A stretch of 63,037 nucleotides of DNA, the filler included, from Octopus bimaculoides (Eukaryota): assembly GCF_001194135.2 (NCBI RefSeq). It is 7 parts of 7 records of this genome, joined end to end, with 100 filler letters (N's around TTAATTAATTAA, not from the genome) between each part and the next. Parts side by side here need not be neighbours in the genome. Positions count along the whole stretch, not along the records: positions 57,354 to 63,037 come from NW_026423038.1; 6 more parts are not named here. One strand, written 5' to 3'. Numbering within the stretch: the stretch's first letter is position 1; each line of letters opens with the position of its first letter. The position numbers and the translations under genes were made by a program. Below are positions 62,986-63,037 of this stretch, one piece after another. The notes beneath the pieces are model-generated. The model saw only the letters and a list, made by a program, of their open reading frames with translations, was not told the DNA's origin and searched no databases.

Positions 62986-63037
62986 AAATGTATGTATGCG
63001 TGTATGTACGTATGCATGCACGTATGTATGCATATAT

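Noticed and set aside
1-63037. CRISPR arrays, rRNA, intact tRNA genes, prokaryotic operons
   Set aside because: None seen; the sequence is eukaryotic repeat-rich DNA.

Overview
AT-rich, microsatellite-saturated eukaryotic DNA with roughly 10 kb of N gaps. The SINE families and repeat load suggest an octopus genome (inference). The window is a mosaic: six identical 100-nt linkers (44 N + TTAATTAATTAA + 44 N) join seven separately assembled pieces, so adjacency across them is unproven. The only host coding sequence I recognise is one 166-nt internal exon of the CTLH/GID E3 ligase gene RMND5 (53581-53746, +). Nearly all ORF-track entries are artefacts of simple repeats or N runs. The rest is decayed mobile DNA: at least three tRNA-derived SINE families, RTE-type 3' tails, Tc1/mariner remnants (four mariner, one Tc1, one maT-like), two MITEs, R4-like LINE ends and several Penelope-like element (PLE) remnants. 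The most interesting signal is about nine type I hammerhead-ribozyme-like motifs in varying states of decay, most with palindromic stem III. One lies in a hairpin-packed 328-nt unit bounded by perfect 59-bp direct repeats (62398-62784), which resembles a retrozyme or PLE pseudo-LTR. All alignments and folds were done by eye; no searches were run.
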